A DNA stretch of 64,000 nt from Comamonadaceae bacterium (GCA_031421855.1 JANOPN010000198.1:2397-66396); one strand, 5' to 3'; shown: positions 10,027 to 20,159, counted from the first letter of the stretch. Notes: a model not told the origin generated them from the sequence alone. Numbers and translations: made by a program.

Positions 10027-11792
10027 CCACCACGCAAAAGCTCACTGCCAATCGCACCGCTGAAACGCAGGCCGTTGACGCTCTCAAATTGAAATCGTCG
10101 GACACGCTCAGCATCAGGCCCGGAGATTCTGATCAGGCGAACGCGTTTGCGCTTGCCCAGCGTCAACAAGTCAACCGAGATGCACAAACTGAGCTGGCGA
10201 TCGACAGTGCTTATCGGGCAAAAGAGCAAGAATTGGTCACTGCGCAGTTTGCTGCGCGCAAAAGCGCCCAGGAACGCGACATCCTAACCAAGCAGATCAG
10301 CGCCCAAGAAGCCAACACGAGCCGGTGGCAGCTGCTAAGCGGCGCAGGGGCAGTGGGCACACTCTTGGCGGGCGCACTTTGGCTGCGCACCCGCCGCCAG
10401 TTGCGCGAAGCCCCGATCGCGCCAGATTCTTCCGACACGGGCGATTTGTTTGACACGACCAACTCGGACGACGCGAACACGTTGGCAACCCAATCGGCCC
10501 TGCTTCCCGGCTCAGAATTTGACAGCCACACCGAGCTCGACATCCGCGACGGCCTGTGGAGTGCCGACGAAACGGATGATTTGCCATCGCACGCCACGCT
10601 TCACGAGTTTGATGATGCCGCGCCCTATGCACGAGCAAATCACGGACGCGTGCGCGCGGATGTGCCAGCCAACGATGAACGCTCAGATGCGGCCCACACC
10701 ACATCACCCGGCACGCTGTGGCCGATGACGCAGGCAGCGGGCGAAGATACGGGTAACTCGGATTTTGATGAAATCAATGCGGTTGAAGAAGTCGCTGCGC
10801 AACCTCCTTTGGTGACACCCATCGGCAGCTTACAAACGCCACCGGATCAGTTGTCTGCACAAGCATCACCCCCCGAGATCGCACGGGTAGCCTTGTCGAT
10901 TGACGACGATCGAGCACCCACCGCAACCGCAGCCCCGGCGAAACTCGACCCCACCGCCGATCTGGATACCGCCTCAACCGAGTTGAAGGCGGGCCTGCAA
11001 ACGCCTCCTACCTCACCTTCGCTGCAACCAGTGCCTGCGTCGAAGGACGTCGCGACCTTGACGGACACACCGGCTGTGCCCGAGTGGCTGCAGTCGCCTG
11101 CCACCACAGCAGCGCACGCCACGCCGGAGCCGCAATCCCCGACTCCGATCAAAGACCTGCGGCAAGCATTGTTCAATTCGCTCAAGCGCACGCCGACAAA
11201 ATCTGGCGGTTCAAGCTTCGCCGCCACGGCCATGCCGTCCCACGCTGACATGATGCTCAGCGACGGCTTCAGTTTTCGGGAATTGGCCGATGTGCAATGG
11301 GTTCCGCAGCCGATGCAAGACCTGTTGTTGCTCTACCGCGGGCTGCAAGAGTGGGAAGGCTCGGCTCGATTTGGGGTTGCTGAGCAGGCAATTTTGCATC
11401 ACATCAACCTCCACACCGCAACCAGCGGCTGGGTGTATTTGGAGCTTTTGTACATCTATCGGCGCCTGGATCAACGCAAAGCCTTTGACCAATGGGCCGA
11501 CACGTTCAGAACCCGCTTCAATCGTTTGGCCCCCACATGGACCGATGCGCAAGACATGGGCAAGGAGCTGCTTCGATACGATTTAGCGACCTTGCAACTC
11601 ACACAAGCTTGGGCGAACAACAGCGTCATTTGGTTGCTTGAAGAATGGCTGGTCGGCGAGCCGCACATGCGCCGTTTGATGGACATCAACGCATTTCGCG
11701 ACGTGCTGATGTTGTACGAGCTGTCGCTCATGGTGAACGATAACCCCTACAAACCGATCACACGCCCCAAACGCCCGGCTCAACCGGGTTGA
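10023..11792 (+). CDS. Hypothetical single-pass membrane protein: coiled-coil N-terminus, TM, long acidic/Pro-Thr-Ala-rich linker, ~190-aa globular C-terminal domain
   Basis: ATG 10023 forms an ATGA overlap with the lpxC stop. [22 protein letters not shown] is followed by RTRRQLR. Low-complexity region spans aa ~130-400. No family recognised. Confidence 0.7.
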   Translation: MTTTQKLTANRTAETQAVDALKLKSSDTLSIRPGDSDQANAFALAQRQQVNRDAQTELAIDSAYRAKEQELVTAQFAARKSAQERDILTKQISAQEANTSRWQLLSGAGAVGTLLAGALWLRTRRQLREAPIAPDSSDTGDLFDTTNSDDANTLATQSALLPGSEFDSHTELDIRDGLWSADETDDLPSHATLHEFDDAAPYARANHGRVRADVPANDERSDAAHTTSPGTLWPMTQAAGEDTGNSDFDEINAVEEVAAQPPLVTPIGSLQTPPDQLSAQASPPEIARVALSIDDDRAPTATAAPAKLDPTADLDTASTELKAGLQTPPTSPSLQPVPASKDVATLTDTPAVPEWLQSPATTAAHATPEPQSPTPIKDLRQALFNSLKRTPTKSGGSSFAATAMPSHADMMLSDGFSFRELADVQWVPQPMQDLLLLYRGLQEWEGSARFGVAEQAILHHINLHTATSGWVYLELLYIYRRLDQRKAFDQWADTFRTRFNRLAPTWTDAQDMGKELLRYDLATLQLTQAWANNSVIWLLEEWLVGEPHMRRLMDINAFRDVLMLYELSLMVNDNPYKPITRPKRPAQPG

Positions 11793-11804
11793 CGCTTTGG
11801 CAGG

Positions 11805-12359
11805 CTAATAGGTTCTGCCGTCTTTGTACATGGCGCTCGCGCGTCGATCCAACACATTGGCAGTTGACAGGCGAGCCATCGACTGCCCAGCATGCGCATG
11901 CGTGATGGCCATTCCCAGGGCATCTGCCGCATCGGGGCCCGGCAACCCGGGCAGTGCCAGCAGCCGCTGAACCATCGCTTGAACTTGGTTTTTAGCCGCT
12001 TTGCCATGGCCGGTCACGGCTTTTTTCATTTGCAGCGCCGTGTATTCGGCAACATCCAGCTTGGCCGCGACCAACGCGCAAAGAGCAGCGCCGCGCGCCT
12101 GTCCCAGTAGCAAGGTTGACTGTGGGTTGACGTTCACAAAAACGATTTCAAGTGCGGCTTGGCTGGGCGCGTAGGTCTTGATCACCTCGGATACGCCATC
12201 AAACAGCACGCCGATCCTGGCTGGCAAGGCGCCGGTTGCCAAGTGGGTGGTTCGAATCGTACCGCTGGCCACATAAGTCAACTGGGCACCGGCCACGTCG
12301 ATGACGCCGAACCCGGTGGTTTGTAGTCCAGGGTCGATTCCCAAAATTCGAATGGTCAA
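11805..12359 (-). CDS. ruvC: Crossover junction endodeoxyribonuclease RuvC
   Basis: N-terminus (M)[20 protein letters not shown] with the catalytic Asp motif; 184 aa. The start codon is apparently TTG. Confidence 0.9.
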   Translation of the reverse strand: MTIRILGIDPGLQTTGFGVIDVAGAQLTYVASGTIRTTHLATGALPARIGVLFDGVSEVIKTYAPSQAALEIVFVNVNPQSTLLLGQARGAALCALVAAKLDVAEYTALQMKKAVTGHGKAAKNQVQAMVQRLLALPGLPGPDAADALGMAITHAHAGQSMARLSTANVLDRRASAMYKDGRTY

Positions 12360-12369
12360 AATGAAACCA

Positions 12370-12434
12370 TCATATTCATAGCAACAAACTCAATGAATCC
12401 GGTGACCAAGGGCCAAAAAGTCATAAAAATGACC
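12370..12434 (+). repeat. Family-A interspersed repeat, copy 2 (core 12378-12411)
   Basis: 34-nt core identical to copy 1. Tail is GGCCAAAAAGTCATAAAAATGACC. Fills the gap between ruvC and the CdsA-like gene. Confidence 0.9.
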
Positions 12435-12436
12435 AT

Positions 12437-13417
12437 TCAAAGCTCAAAATACCACCGCACCGAGTGAAAAAACACCGGCGCGGCGAAGCACAGGCCGTCA
12501 ACCTTATCGAGCAACCCGCTCGCACCGGTGGTCGAGCTGATGTGGCCGCCCCAATGCTTGACTCCGCGATCACGCTTTAAGGCTTTCATCACCAAATGCC
12601 CAAAACTGCCCGATGCACACGCAATCAAAGCCAAGACAAACGCCTGCCCAGGCTTAAACGGCGTGATGCCCGACAAAATCGCGCCGATCACGGCGGCAAA
12701 AAACAAGCCATACAGCCAGCCTCGCCAATGAAAACTGCGACTCACGTCGGGCGCGACTGGCTCATAGGCCAATTTGCGGGAGATGAGGTGCTGAATCACC
12801 AAACCGCCTTGCACCACAAATACCAAGAAAAACACCAAAAACGCGCCCTTGCCCTCGTACCCGTCAAAGTCAAGCAGCAACAATGCGGGCACGTGACTCA
12901 TGCCGTACACACAAACCATGATGCCCCACTGCAGTTTGGCGTTGCGCTCCAAAAACCGCTCGGGGTCGTTTGACAAGGCACTCACCACCGGAATCGCCAA
13001 AAACACGTAGACCGGAATGAACACCGTGAACAAATCGAAATGCTCGGTCGCCACCAAAACGAACTGGATCGGCAAAACGATGAAGAACGCCAAAATCATG
13101 CTGCGGTGGTCGCCCCGGCGCGTGGGCGAAAGCGTGATGAACTCGCGCAGCGCAAAAAAGGCCACCCAAGCAAACAGCACCGTGGCAGCCACCTCACCCA
13201 GCGCCCAACCGATCCAAAACACGCCAACCATCACCCACGAATTGCGCAACAAGCGCCGGTACTCGTACAAGTCTTCGGTGTATCGGCCATTGATTCGCTC
13301 ATCTTTGAGTGACAGCGCCAAAATCGCCAGCGAGGCCAATGCCAGCAAGCCAAACACCACGACAAACAACAACCCAACTTGGTGATTAGGCGACAAATTG
13401 CGCAAAAAACTGACCAT
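12437..13417 (-). CDS. CDP-diglyceride synthetase (CTP-transferase 1) family membrane protein, YnbB-like
   Basis: Multi-TM protein with a C-terminal SGSFGHLVMKALKRDRGVKHWG...GASGLLDKVD region resembling the CdsA signature. ATG 13415-13417 follows a GAGG. Paired with an acyltransferase as in E. coli ynbAB-type clusters. Confidence 0.7.
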   Translation of the reverse strand: MVSFLRNLSPNHQVGLLFVVVFGLLALASLAILALSLKDERINGRYTEDLYEYRRLLRNSWVMVGVFWIGWALGEVAATVLFAWVAFFALREFITLSPTRRGDHRSMILAFFIVLPIQFVLVATEHFDLFTVFIPVYVFLAIPVVSALSNDPERFLERNAKLQWGIMVCVYGMSHVPALLLLDFDGYEGKGAFLVFFLVFVVQGGLVIQHLISRKLAYEPVAPDVSRSFHWRGWLYGLFFAAVIGAILSGITPFKPGQAFVLALIACASGSFGHLVMKALKRDRGVKHWGGHISSTTGASGLLDKVDGLCFAAPVFFHSVRWYFEL

Positions 13418-13419
13418 AT

Positions 13420-14100
13420 TCAAACCTCGCGCAAGTCAACGACGGCGGTGCGAGCGCGGTCTAAAAACTCGCGCCGATCTTCGTCAGTTCGCAAGGCAAT
13501 CGGCGCGCCAAACGTCACCGAGCACAGCACTGGCACCGGAATCACCTCGCCCTTGGGCAGCAAACGCTGGATGTTGTTGATCCAGGCCGGCACCAACACC
13601 ACATCTGGAAAGCGCTGAGCCAAGTTGTACAAACCCGCCTTAAACGCGCCGGGGTCAACTTGGTTGCCCCGCGTTCCTTCAGGAAACATGATGATCGAGT
13701 CACCATTACTCAAGGCCTCAATCAACGGCTCCAACGGGTCAGCGTCGCCTGAGCGAACTCGGTCAACATAGACCGCGTTGAACACCGCTGTCGTGATCCA
13801 CTGCTTGAACGGCGATGCGGTCCAGTAATCTTTTGCAGCGATCGGGCGGGTGATGTGGCGCAGCTCAGTCGGCAGCGCTGCCCAGATCATCACCAAATCA
13901 GCATGACTTTGATGATTCGCAAAATAAATGCGCTGCTCCGCCTTGGGCGGGCAGCCCCACCACCGTGCCTGCGCCCCCGTGAGCACGCGCACCAGCCCCA
14001 ATAAAAACCAAGTCATCAATTTTGCTGCCATGGCCCAATGATAGAGCTTGAGCCAAGCGCCCTTTGGCGCGCCCGCTCTCGTCGGGCTTTGCCTGCGCAC
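13420..14100 (-). CDS. Lysophospholipid (1-acyl-sn-glycerol-3-phosphate) acyltransferase family protein
   Basis: HX4D motif HQSHAD and FPEGTRG motif. Start is uncertain: GTG 14100 or ATG 14031. Confidence 0.75.
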   Translation of the reverse strand: MRRQSPTRAGAPKGAWLKLYHWAMAAKLMTWFLLGLVRVLTGAQARWWGCPPKAEQRIYFANHQSHADLVMIWAALPTELRHITRPIAAKDYWTASPFKQWITTAVFNAVYVDRVRSGDADPLEPLIEALSNGDSIIMFPEGTRGNQVDPGAFKAGLYNLAQRFPDVVLVPAWINNIQRLLPKGEVIPVPVLCSVTFGAPIALRTDEDRREFLDRARTAVVDLREV

Positions 14101-14149
14101 GCCGCAAGCGACAAAGGGCCTGAATGCCGACGATTTAAGTTATCAGAGT

Positions 14150-14212
14150 CAAATTTATTAATATATTGGCTCTTGGTCACCGGATTCATTGACTTCGATG
14201 CTATGAATTTTA
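14150..14212 (-). repeat. Family-A interspersed repeat, copy 3 (core 14172-14204)
   Basis: Reverse complement reads TTCATAGCATCGAAGTCAATGAATCCGGTGACCAAGAGCC. Confidence 0.85.
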
Positions 14213-14224
14213 ATCAATCGAACG

Positions 14225-14259
14225 CAAAAAAGCCGCGCACGCTTGACGCGTGCGCGGCT
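14225..14259 (-). terminator. Rho-independent terminator of the hydrolase gene
   Basis: Perfect 12-bp stem AGCCGCGCACGC / GCGTGCGCGGCT with a 5-nt loop. Followed on the minus strand by TTTTTT (14225-14230). Confidence 0.8.
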
Positions 14260-14283
14260 GAGTGGGTCCGCTATTAGGTCAGA

Positions 14284-15816
14284 TCACGGTGCCGGGCAGG
14301 CGGCCGTGGTTGCCAAAATAATGGGGCGCAGGGCCCGGACAGCACCGCCATCGTCCGCGCCAATGGTGTTGTTGGTGTGGGTGCAACCGTATGACGGCGA
14401 AGCCACGACCGATGCCGTGACCACGTCGTCACCGGCAGGCTTGGCACCGCCGGCTTCCCACTTGATCATGTCGTCAAAGGCTTTGACCTGCTCCGCAATG
14501 GTGAAGTCGCAATGCGTGGCACCGCGAATGGCGCGCTGAACCAAGAACGCGCTGTTGCCTTTGGCCGCAACCCGCTTTTGGTAGACCTGCTGCATGCTGA
14601 ACGGGACAAACAGGTCGCCCAGGGTATGAATGCTGACCACTGGAATCTTCGAGTCGCCATTGACCTTGGGAATCCAACGCAGGCCATCGCGGCGCAGACG
14701 GTTGGCATCAGCTGCAGGTGTCAGCTTTTGCACACTCGCATTCAACGCGGTGGTCCCGGCGGCGTCGCCGTCAATTGTGTACGTCATGGCGGTGGTGTCC
14801 AGAACGTTTTTGTTCAAGATACCCGTGACCGAGCCGTCGCTGCCCCAAGTGCCGTACGCGCTTGGGAAACTGCCGCCAGCGGCCAAGCCCAGCGCAAACA
14901 AGGGTCGTTCGCCGCCGGTGATGTTTTTAAGCACCGAGGCGAATTTTTGGCCGTTTGCCGTCAACCCAACCTGCGCGTTGGGCGTAGCCGCAGACGGGAA
15001 GGTCGTGAACAAGCTTCCATGAACCAGCCCAAAGATCTCGCTGTACTTGGCTGTTGGGTAGCTGGGCACGCCAGCAATCGCCTGCGCAGCGACTTGCATC
15101 GCGGCAAACTGATTGAACAGCTCGGTGTCGCCCATCACACCGCACATGGGCACAGCGCCAGCGTACTTGGTTTTATTGATGGCAGTCGCGGCGGCTTCGT
15201 CGTCAATGGCTGCGCCAGTGACGTGACCACCCATCGAAATCCCGGTGATGAATATCTTGCTGGGTGCGGCCAAGGTGCGGCCGTTTTTGGTTGCAATTGC
15301 AACAAACTCGTTGGCCAAGGCGTTGGTATCTTCAACACCGGCGCGAACGTCGTAGTAGTTTTTGCTGTAGCTCGATGCCGCCCAAGCATAGCCATTGGCC
15401 AGCAGATAGCGGCGAATGGTGGGGTTTTGCACGGCCACGGCCGAGCCATTGCCGGCAAAGCCGTGCGCATACATCACCAAGCGACCATTCCAATTCGGTG
15501 GCACCTCGACTCGGTACGCCGCGCCCTTGAGCACGCCCGCCCAGCGACTGGTCGTGGCTAAGTCAAACGCATCGCCAGCGACTGCGGTCATGGCCGTGAA
15601 GGTGGTCGCAGCGGCATCTGCGGGTGCAAAAGTCCGCGTGTCGTGCTCGCGGGCTTCTTCAGGAACGGGGGCGGGCGGCGGAGGTGGCGGTGCAACAACC
15701 ACCGGCGGGGGCGCAACCGGGGCTGGGGGCGGCGCGTCTGACCCGCCGCCGCAGGCACTGAGCAGTGCAAACATGGCGACAAGAGAGAGTTTGTGCGGGT
15801 TGGTCAACTGTGGCAT
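14284..15816 (-). CDS. Secreted alpha/beta-fold hydrolase lipoprotein with a poly-proline linker
   Basis: Lipobox signal MPQLTNPHKLSLVAMFALLSAC, then the linker PPPAPVAPPPVVVAPPPPPPAPVP. Nucleophile elbow GISMGGH. Start is ATG 15816 (GAGG 9 nt upstream) or 15825. The longer start in the track runs into repeat copy 4. Confidence 0.7.
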   Translation of the reverse strand: MPQLTNPHKLSLVAMFALLSACGGGSDAPPPAPVAPPPVVVAPPPPPPAPVPEEAREHDTRTFAPADAAATTFTAMTAVAGDAFDLATTSRWAGVLKGAAYRVEVPPNWNGRLVMYAHGFAGNGSAVAVQNPTIRRYLLANGYAWAASSYSKNYYDVRAGVEDTNALANEFVAIATKNGRTLAAPSKIFITGISMGGHVTGAAIDDEAAATAINKTKYAGAVPMCGVMGDTELFNQFAAMQVAAQAIAGVPSYPTAKYSEIFGLVHGSLFTTFPSAATPNAQVGLTANGQKFASVLKNITGGERPLFALGLAAGGSFPSAYGTWGSDGSVTGILNKNVLDTTAMTYTIDGDAAGTTALNASVQKLTPAADANRLRRDGLRWIPKVNGDSKIPVVSIHTLGDLFVPFSMQQVYQKRVAAKGNSAFLVQRAIRGATHCDFTIAEQVKAFDDMIKWEAGGAKPAGDDVVTASVVASPSYGCTHTNNTIGADDGGAVRALRPIILATTAACPAP

Positions 15817-15927
15817 ACGGGTCATCCTCGAAGTGGTTGGTTTAGCAACGCATCGTGCCCCCAAGCCCGCGCGCCAAAACATCGGAAAACCCTTTGTTTC
15901 GTCACATCGGTGACGACAAGCACTCAC

Positions 15928-15990
15928 CAATTCATAGCACCAAAATCAATGGAATCGGCGACCAAGGGCCAATAAGTCCGATTTTTTGCG
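15928..15990 (+). repeat. Family-A interspersed repeat, copy 4 (core 15934-15967)
   Basis: TTCATAGCACCAAAATCAATGGAATCGGCGACCAAGGGCCAATAAGTCC. Confidence 0.8.
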
Positions 15991-16010
15991 CCGCCGCGTC
16001 CAAACGCACG

Positions 16011-17183
16011 CTACTTGGGCCGAACCTGTTTGGGTCGCGTGCCGGGGCTGAGCTTCAGCTTGAGTTTTTCGCCTTTGCGAAGCACCTCAAACGCAGCCTC
16101 CTCAGCCGGTTTGAGCGCAGCCACTGCGGCCAGCATTTGCGGCACGTTGGCAACCGCACGCCCGGCAACCGCCGTGATCACGTCCCCCGGCTTGACGCCG
16201 CCAATCGCGGCCGGGCCGTTTTGCAACACGCCCGTGATGACCACGCCGGTGTCAACTTTCAAGTCAAAGGTGTCGCGCAGTTCCGCATTGATGTCTTGCG
16301 GCTCCACACCGATGTAGCCGCGCGTGACCGAGCCATCTTTGACCAGGGCATCCATCACTTGCTTGGCCGTGCTGACCGGAATGGCAAACCCGATGCCCAT
16401 GTTGCCGCCCGAGCGGCTGTAAATCGCCGTGTTGATGCCCAGCAATTGCCCCGCTGAGTCAACCAATGCCCCGCCCGAGTTACCGGGGTTGATGGCCGCA
16501 TCGGTTTGAATGAAGTTCTCAAACGTGTTAATGCCCAATTGATTGCGCCCGGTGGCGCTCACAATGCCGCCAGTCACGGTTTGCCCCACCCCAAAAGGGT
16601 TACCAATGGCCAAAACCGGGTCACCAATTTGGAGCGAATCGGAGTTGCCAAAGACGATCACCGGGAGTCGTTCAAGCTCAATCTTCAACAGGGCCAGGTC
16701 ACTGTCGGGGTCGGTGCCGATGACTACTGCCTTGGTGCGGCGGCTGTCGCTCAGCACCACTTCAATCTCGTCGGCTCCTTCAACCACGTGGTTATTGGTC
16801 AACACGTAGCCCGACGCGCTGACAATCACGCCTGAGCCCAAACCTTCTTGTGGGCCTTGGTTGGCGTCGCGCTCACCAAAGAAAAACCGAAACCAGGGCT
16901 CGGCCGAGTTCGGGCCACTGCCCGACCCACGTGACTTGCGCGCTTTGCTGGTGTTGATGCTGACGACCGCGCTAGATGCCCGCTGGGCGGCGAGCCGAAA
17001 CGACCCAGCCGGTGCAGGCACGAGCTCGGTCCCGGTTGGCGCTTGAAGCACCGGCACACCGCTGGTGCTGGGTAACGCTACCGCACCCCGGTTGAGCCAC
17101 TGCGGTTTGAGCGTGGCCACAACGAAATAGCCCGCCAGCAAGACCGTGACAGATTGGGAAAACAGCAACCAAAGTTTTTTCAT
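16011..17183 (-). CDS. Membrane-anchored HtrA-family serine endoprotease with one PDZ domain (DegS/AlgW-like)
   Basis: N-terminal TM, then trypsin-fold motifs TNNHVVEGAD, DLALLKI and GNSGGALVD. A single C-terminal PDZ-like region. Confidence 0.85.
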   Translation of the reverse strand: MKKLWLLFSQSVTVLLAGYFVVATLKPQWLNRGAVALPSTSGVPVLQAPTGTELVPAPAGSFRLAAQRASSAVVSINTSKARKSRGSGSGPNSAEPWFRFFFGERDANQGPQEGLGSGVIVSASGYVLTNNHVVEGADEIEVVLSDSRRTKAVVIGTDPDSDLALLKIELERLPVIVFGNSDSLQIGDPVLAIGNPFGVGQTVTGGIVSATGRNQLGINTFENFIQTDAAINPGNSGGALVDSAGQLLGINTAIYSRSGGNMGIGFAIPVSTAKQVMDALVKDGSVTRGYIGVEPQDINAELRDTFDLKVDTGVVITGVLQNGPAAIGGVKPGDVITAVAGRAVANVPQMLAAVAALKPAEEAAFEVLRKGEKLKLKLSPGTRPKQVRPK

Positions 17184-17184
17184 T

Positions 17185-17286
17185 AGGACTTACGCAAAAT
17201 CGTTCCAGCAAGGCGCAGCGACGACGACAGTGCGGATAGCACGGCTAGGAGCTGCAACGCCGCTGGGGCGGTTTTGCGTAAGTCCT
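17185..17286 (+). repeat. 102-nt long-hairpin element (family B), copy A
   Basis: 15-nt terminal inverted repeat AGGACTTACGCAAAA / TTTTGCGTAAGTCCT. About 93% identical to 28117-28218. Begins 2 nt from the ATG of the DegS-like gene. Confidence 0.9.
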
Positions 17287-17374
17287 GTTCATGTGAGGCA
17301 CACCGGTTCAGTTGGCGAATTGTGTCAGTGAACGAGCCAGCACAGGCCGGCCAAAACAGTCGTTTCGTGTCACT

Positions 17375-17445
17375 TTGAGCATTTTTTGTGAGTTATTGGC
17401 ACTTGGTCTCCGTATCTATTGACTTTGTTGCTATTATTTTTGAAT
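17375..17445 (-). repeat. Family-A interspersed repeat, copy 5 (core 17402-17434)
   Basis: Reverse complement reads TTCAAAAATAATAGCAACAAAGTCAATAGATACGGAGACCAAGTGCCAATAACTC. Confidence 0.85.
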
Positions 17446-17627
17446 TATCAAAATCTAGGGCTAACCCTCGCTTGGCTTAGAAACGCCGCTCTAATCCGCA
17501 CGAAAAGCCCCGGATTGGGAGTCTCTTGGATGCGAGCAATCGCAAAACTGACACAAAATAGCACGACCGTTCTTTTTTGTGATCAACTGGCATTTCACGA
17601 TAAATCACGGCATCGACCAACCAACAC

Positions 17628-18305
17628 ATGACCATCACACCGATTCTTCGCTCAACTTCAGTCGTCACGCCCGCTGCGCAAGTGGTCAGCACGGATGCGC
17701 CCAGCCGCGCCGCTCAAAAGGGCACGCAGACCAAAGCGGCCATCATCGATGCTGCTTTGGGGCTGGCCACGCACGTTGGGCTCGAGGGTTTGAGCATTGG
17801 CGCGTTGGCTGAAGTGACGCAAATGAGCAAGTCGGGCGTTTTTGCTCACTTTGGCTCGCGTGAAGAGTTGCAAATCAGCGTGGTGCGCGAATACCACGAC
17901 CGTTTCGAGGCCGAAGTCTTCATTCCGGCGTTGGCCGAAGCCCGTGGCCTGCCGCGCCTACGCAAACTTTTTGATAATTGGATGACCCGTACCTCGATGG
18001 AAATCGACTCCGGTTGCCTCTATATCAGTGGCGCAGTCGAGTTCGACGACCGCCCGGGCCCCGTGCGCGATGCGTTGGCATCCAGCGTTCGCACCTGGTT
18101 GGCGGCGATGCACAAAGCGGTATCGCAAGCGCAATTGCTCGGTCAAATCGACGATGAGACCGATGCACAGCAAATTTTGTTTGAAATCCACGGCCTGATT
18201 TTGGCCCTGCATTTTGACGCGCGATTTCTCAAAACCAGTGGCAGTGCAGCCCGTGCGGTCACGGGTTTTGAACACATCTTGGCCCGATACGGCCGCAACG
18301 ATTGA
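17628..18305 (+). CDS. TetR/AcrR-family transcriptional regulator (head of the beta-oxidation operon)
   Basis: HTH region AIIDAALGLATHVGLEGLSIGALAEVTQMSKSGVFAHFGSREEL. Immediately upstream of an acyl-CoA dehydrogenase. Confidence 0.88.
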   Translation: MTITPILRSTSVVTPAAQVVSTDAPSRAAQKGTQTKAAIIDAALGLATHVGLEGLSIGALAEVTQMSKSGVFAHFGSREELQISVVREYHDRFEAEVFIPALAEARGLPRLRKLFDNWMTRTSMEIDSGCLYISGAVEFDDRPGPVRDALASSVRTWLAAMHKAVSQAQLLGQIDDETDAQQILFEIHGLILALHFDARFLKTSGSAARAVTGFEHILARYGRND

Positions 18306-18362
18306 GCCTGCAAGGCTTCAACAAGACATTTTTCTTGGTTTCACTTCCTCAAGGACTACGCA

Positions 18363-20159
18363 ATGGCTTCCTACACCCCCCCACTTCGTGACATGCAATT
18401 CGTGCTGCATGAGTTGTTGCACGTGACGGATGAATACAAAGGCATGGCTGACCACAAAGACGTGGACATTGACACCATCAATGCCGTGCTCGAAGCCGGC
18501 GGCAAATTTGCCTCTGAAGTCGCGTTTCCGCTCAACCAAAGCGGCGACCGCGAAGGCTGCAAGCTTGACAAGGTCACGCACGAGGTCACGCCGCCCAAGG
18601 GCTTCAAAGAGGCATACCAACAATTCACGGCAGACGGCTGGGCGGCATTGAGCTGTGACCCTGCCTACGGCGGCCAGGGTTTGCCAATCGTGCTAAACCA
18701 AGCCATCTACGAAATGCTCAACAGCGCCAACCAGGCTTGGACCATGTACCCCGGCTTGACCCACGGATGCTACGAAGCACTTCATGCCCACGGCACCCCC
18801 GCCCAAAAAGATACCTATTTGCGCAAACTGACCAGCGGCGAGTGGACCGGCACCATGTGCTTGACCGAGCCACATTGCGGCACCGACCTCGGGATGTTGC
18901 GCTCCAAGGCTGAGCCACAAGCCGATGGCACGTTCAAAATCACCGGTGGCAAGATCTTCATCAGCTCGGGCGAGCACGATTTGGCCGAAAACATCGTCCA
19001 TTTGGTGTTGGCCCGCACGCCCGATGCGCCAATTGGCACCAAAGGCATCAGTTTATTTGTGGTGCCCAAGTTTTTGGTCAACACCGACGGCAGCTTGGGC
19101 GCTCGCAATCCGATTTTTTGCTCAGGCTTAGAGCACAAAATGGGCATTCATGGCAATTCAACTTGCCAAATGACGCTGGACGGCGCTGTCGGCACCATGG
19201 TTGGCGAGCCCAACAAAGGGCTCAACGCCATGTTCGTGATGATGAACGTCGCTCGGCTTGGCGTGGGTAACCAATCCTTGGGTTTGACCGAGGTCGCCTA
19301 CCAAAACGCACTTGCCTATGCCAAAGACCGCCTCCAGTCGCGCAGCCTGACAGGCCCCAAATCGAAAGACAAGCCCGCCGACAGCATCATGGTGCACCCC
19401 GATGTTCGCAAGATGCTGCTCACCGCAAAGGCTTACGCCGAAGGCGGTCGGGCGTTGAGCATGTACACGTCGCTGCTGGTGGACCGCCACTTGAGCCACC
19501 CCGACGAAGCCGTGCGCAAAGAGTCCAATGAAATGGTGAGCATGCTCACGCCCATCATCAAGGCGTTTTTGACCGACAACGGCCACACGGCAACCAATGC
19601 GTGCATGCAAGTCTTTGGCGGCCATGGTTTCGTCTCGGATTGGGGCATGGAGCAATACGTGCGCGACAACCGCATCAACTTGATCTACGAAGGCACCAAC
19701 ACCATCCAAAGTCTGGATTTCTTGGGCCGCAAAGTGCTGCAAAACAACGGCGCAACCCTCAAGAAATTTGGCAAGCAAATCGGCGCATTCGTTGAAGCCA
19801 ATGGCGTGAACGAACAAATGGCCGAATTCATCAACCCGCTGGCCTACTTGGGCGACCAAGTCACCAAGCTCACAACCGAGTTGGGCTTCAAGGCCTTCCA
19901 AAACGCCGATGAGGTCGGCGGCGCAGCGGTTGACTATTTGCGTGTTTGCGGTCACTTGGTGTTCAGCTACATGTTTGCGCAAATGGCCAAACTGGCCTTG
20001 GACAAAATCGCCGAGGGCAGCACCGACACCTTCTATTTGGGCAAGCTCCAAACCGCGCGCTTTTACTTCGCCAAGCTGCAACCCGAAACCCGAAGCCTGA
20101 TTGCACAGGCAAAAACCGGGGTGAAACCCTTGATGGACACCGAAGCCGTTTTTGCTTAA
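18363..20159 (+). CDS. Large (598-aa) acyl-CoA dehydrogenase with a C-terminal extension domain
   Basis: ACAD core with GTMCLTEPHCGTDLG and the FGGHGF..EQYVRD region. AAGGA lies 7 nt upstream of the ATG. Confidence 0.88.
   Translation: MASYTPPLRDMQFVLHELLHVTDEYKGMADHKDVDIDTINAVLEAGGKFASEVAFPLNQSGDREGCKLDKVTHEVTPPKGFKEAYQQFTADGWAALSCDPAYGGQGLPIVLNQAIYEMLNSANQAWTMYPGLTHGCYEALHAHGTPAQKDTYLRKLTSGEWTGTMCLTEPHCGTDLGMLRSKAEPQADGTFKITGGKIFISSGEHDLAENIVHLVLARTPDAPIGTKGISLFVVPKFLVNTDGSLGARNPIFCSGLEHKMGIHGNSTCQMTLDGAVGTMVGEPNKGLNAMFVMMNVARLGVGNQSLGLTEVAYQNALAYAKDRLQSRSLTGPKSKDKPADSIMVHPDVRKMLLTAKAYAEGGRALSMYTSLLVDRHLSHPDEAVRKESNEMVSMLTPIIKAFLTDNGHTATNACMQVFGGHGFVSDWGMEQYVRDNRINLIYEGTNTIQSLDFLGRKVLQNNGATLKKFGKQIGAFVEANGVNEQMAEFINPLAYLGDQVTKLTTELGFKAFQNADEVGGAAVDYLRVCGHLVFSYMFAQMAKLALDKIAEGSTDTFYLGKLQTARFYFAKLQPETRSLIAQAKTGVKPLMDTEAVFA

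Noticed and set aside
15655-15735. GC-rich low-complexity tract (GGCGG/GGTGG runs) that looks like a tandem repeat
   Set aside because: It encodes the poly-Pro/Ala/Val linker of the hydrolase lipoprotein on the minus strand. It is an imperfect compositional repeat, not a separate feature.
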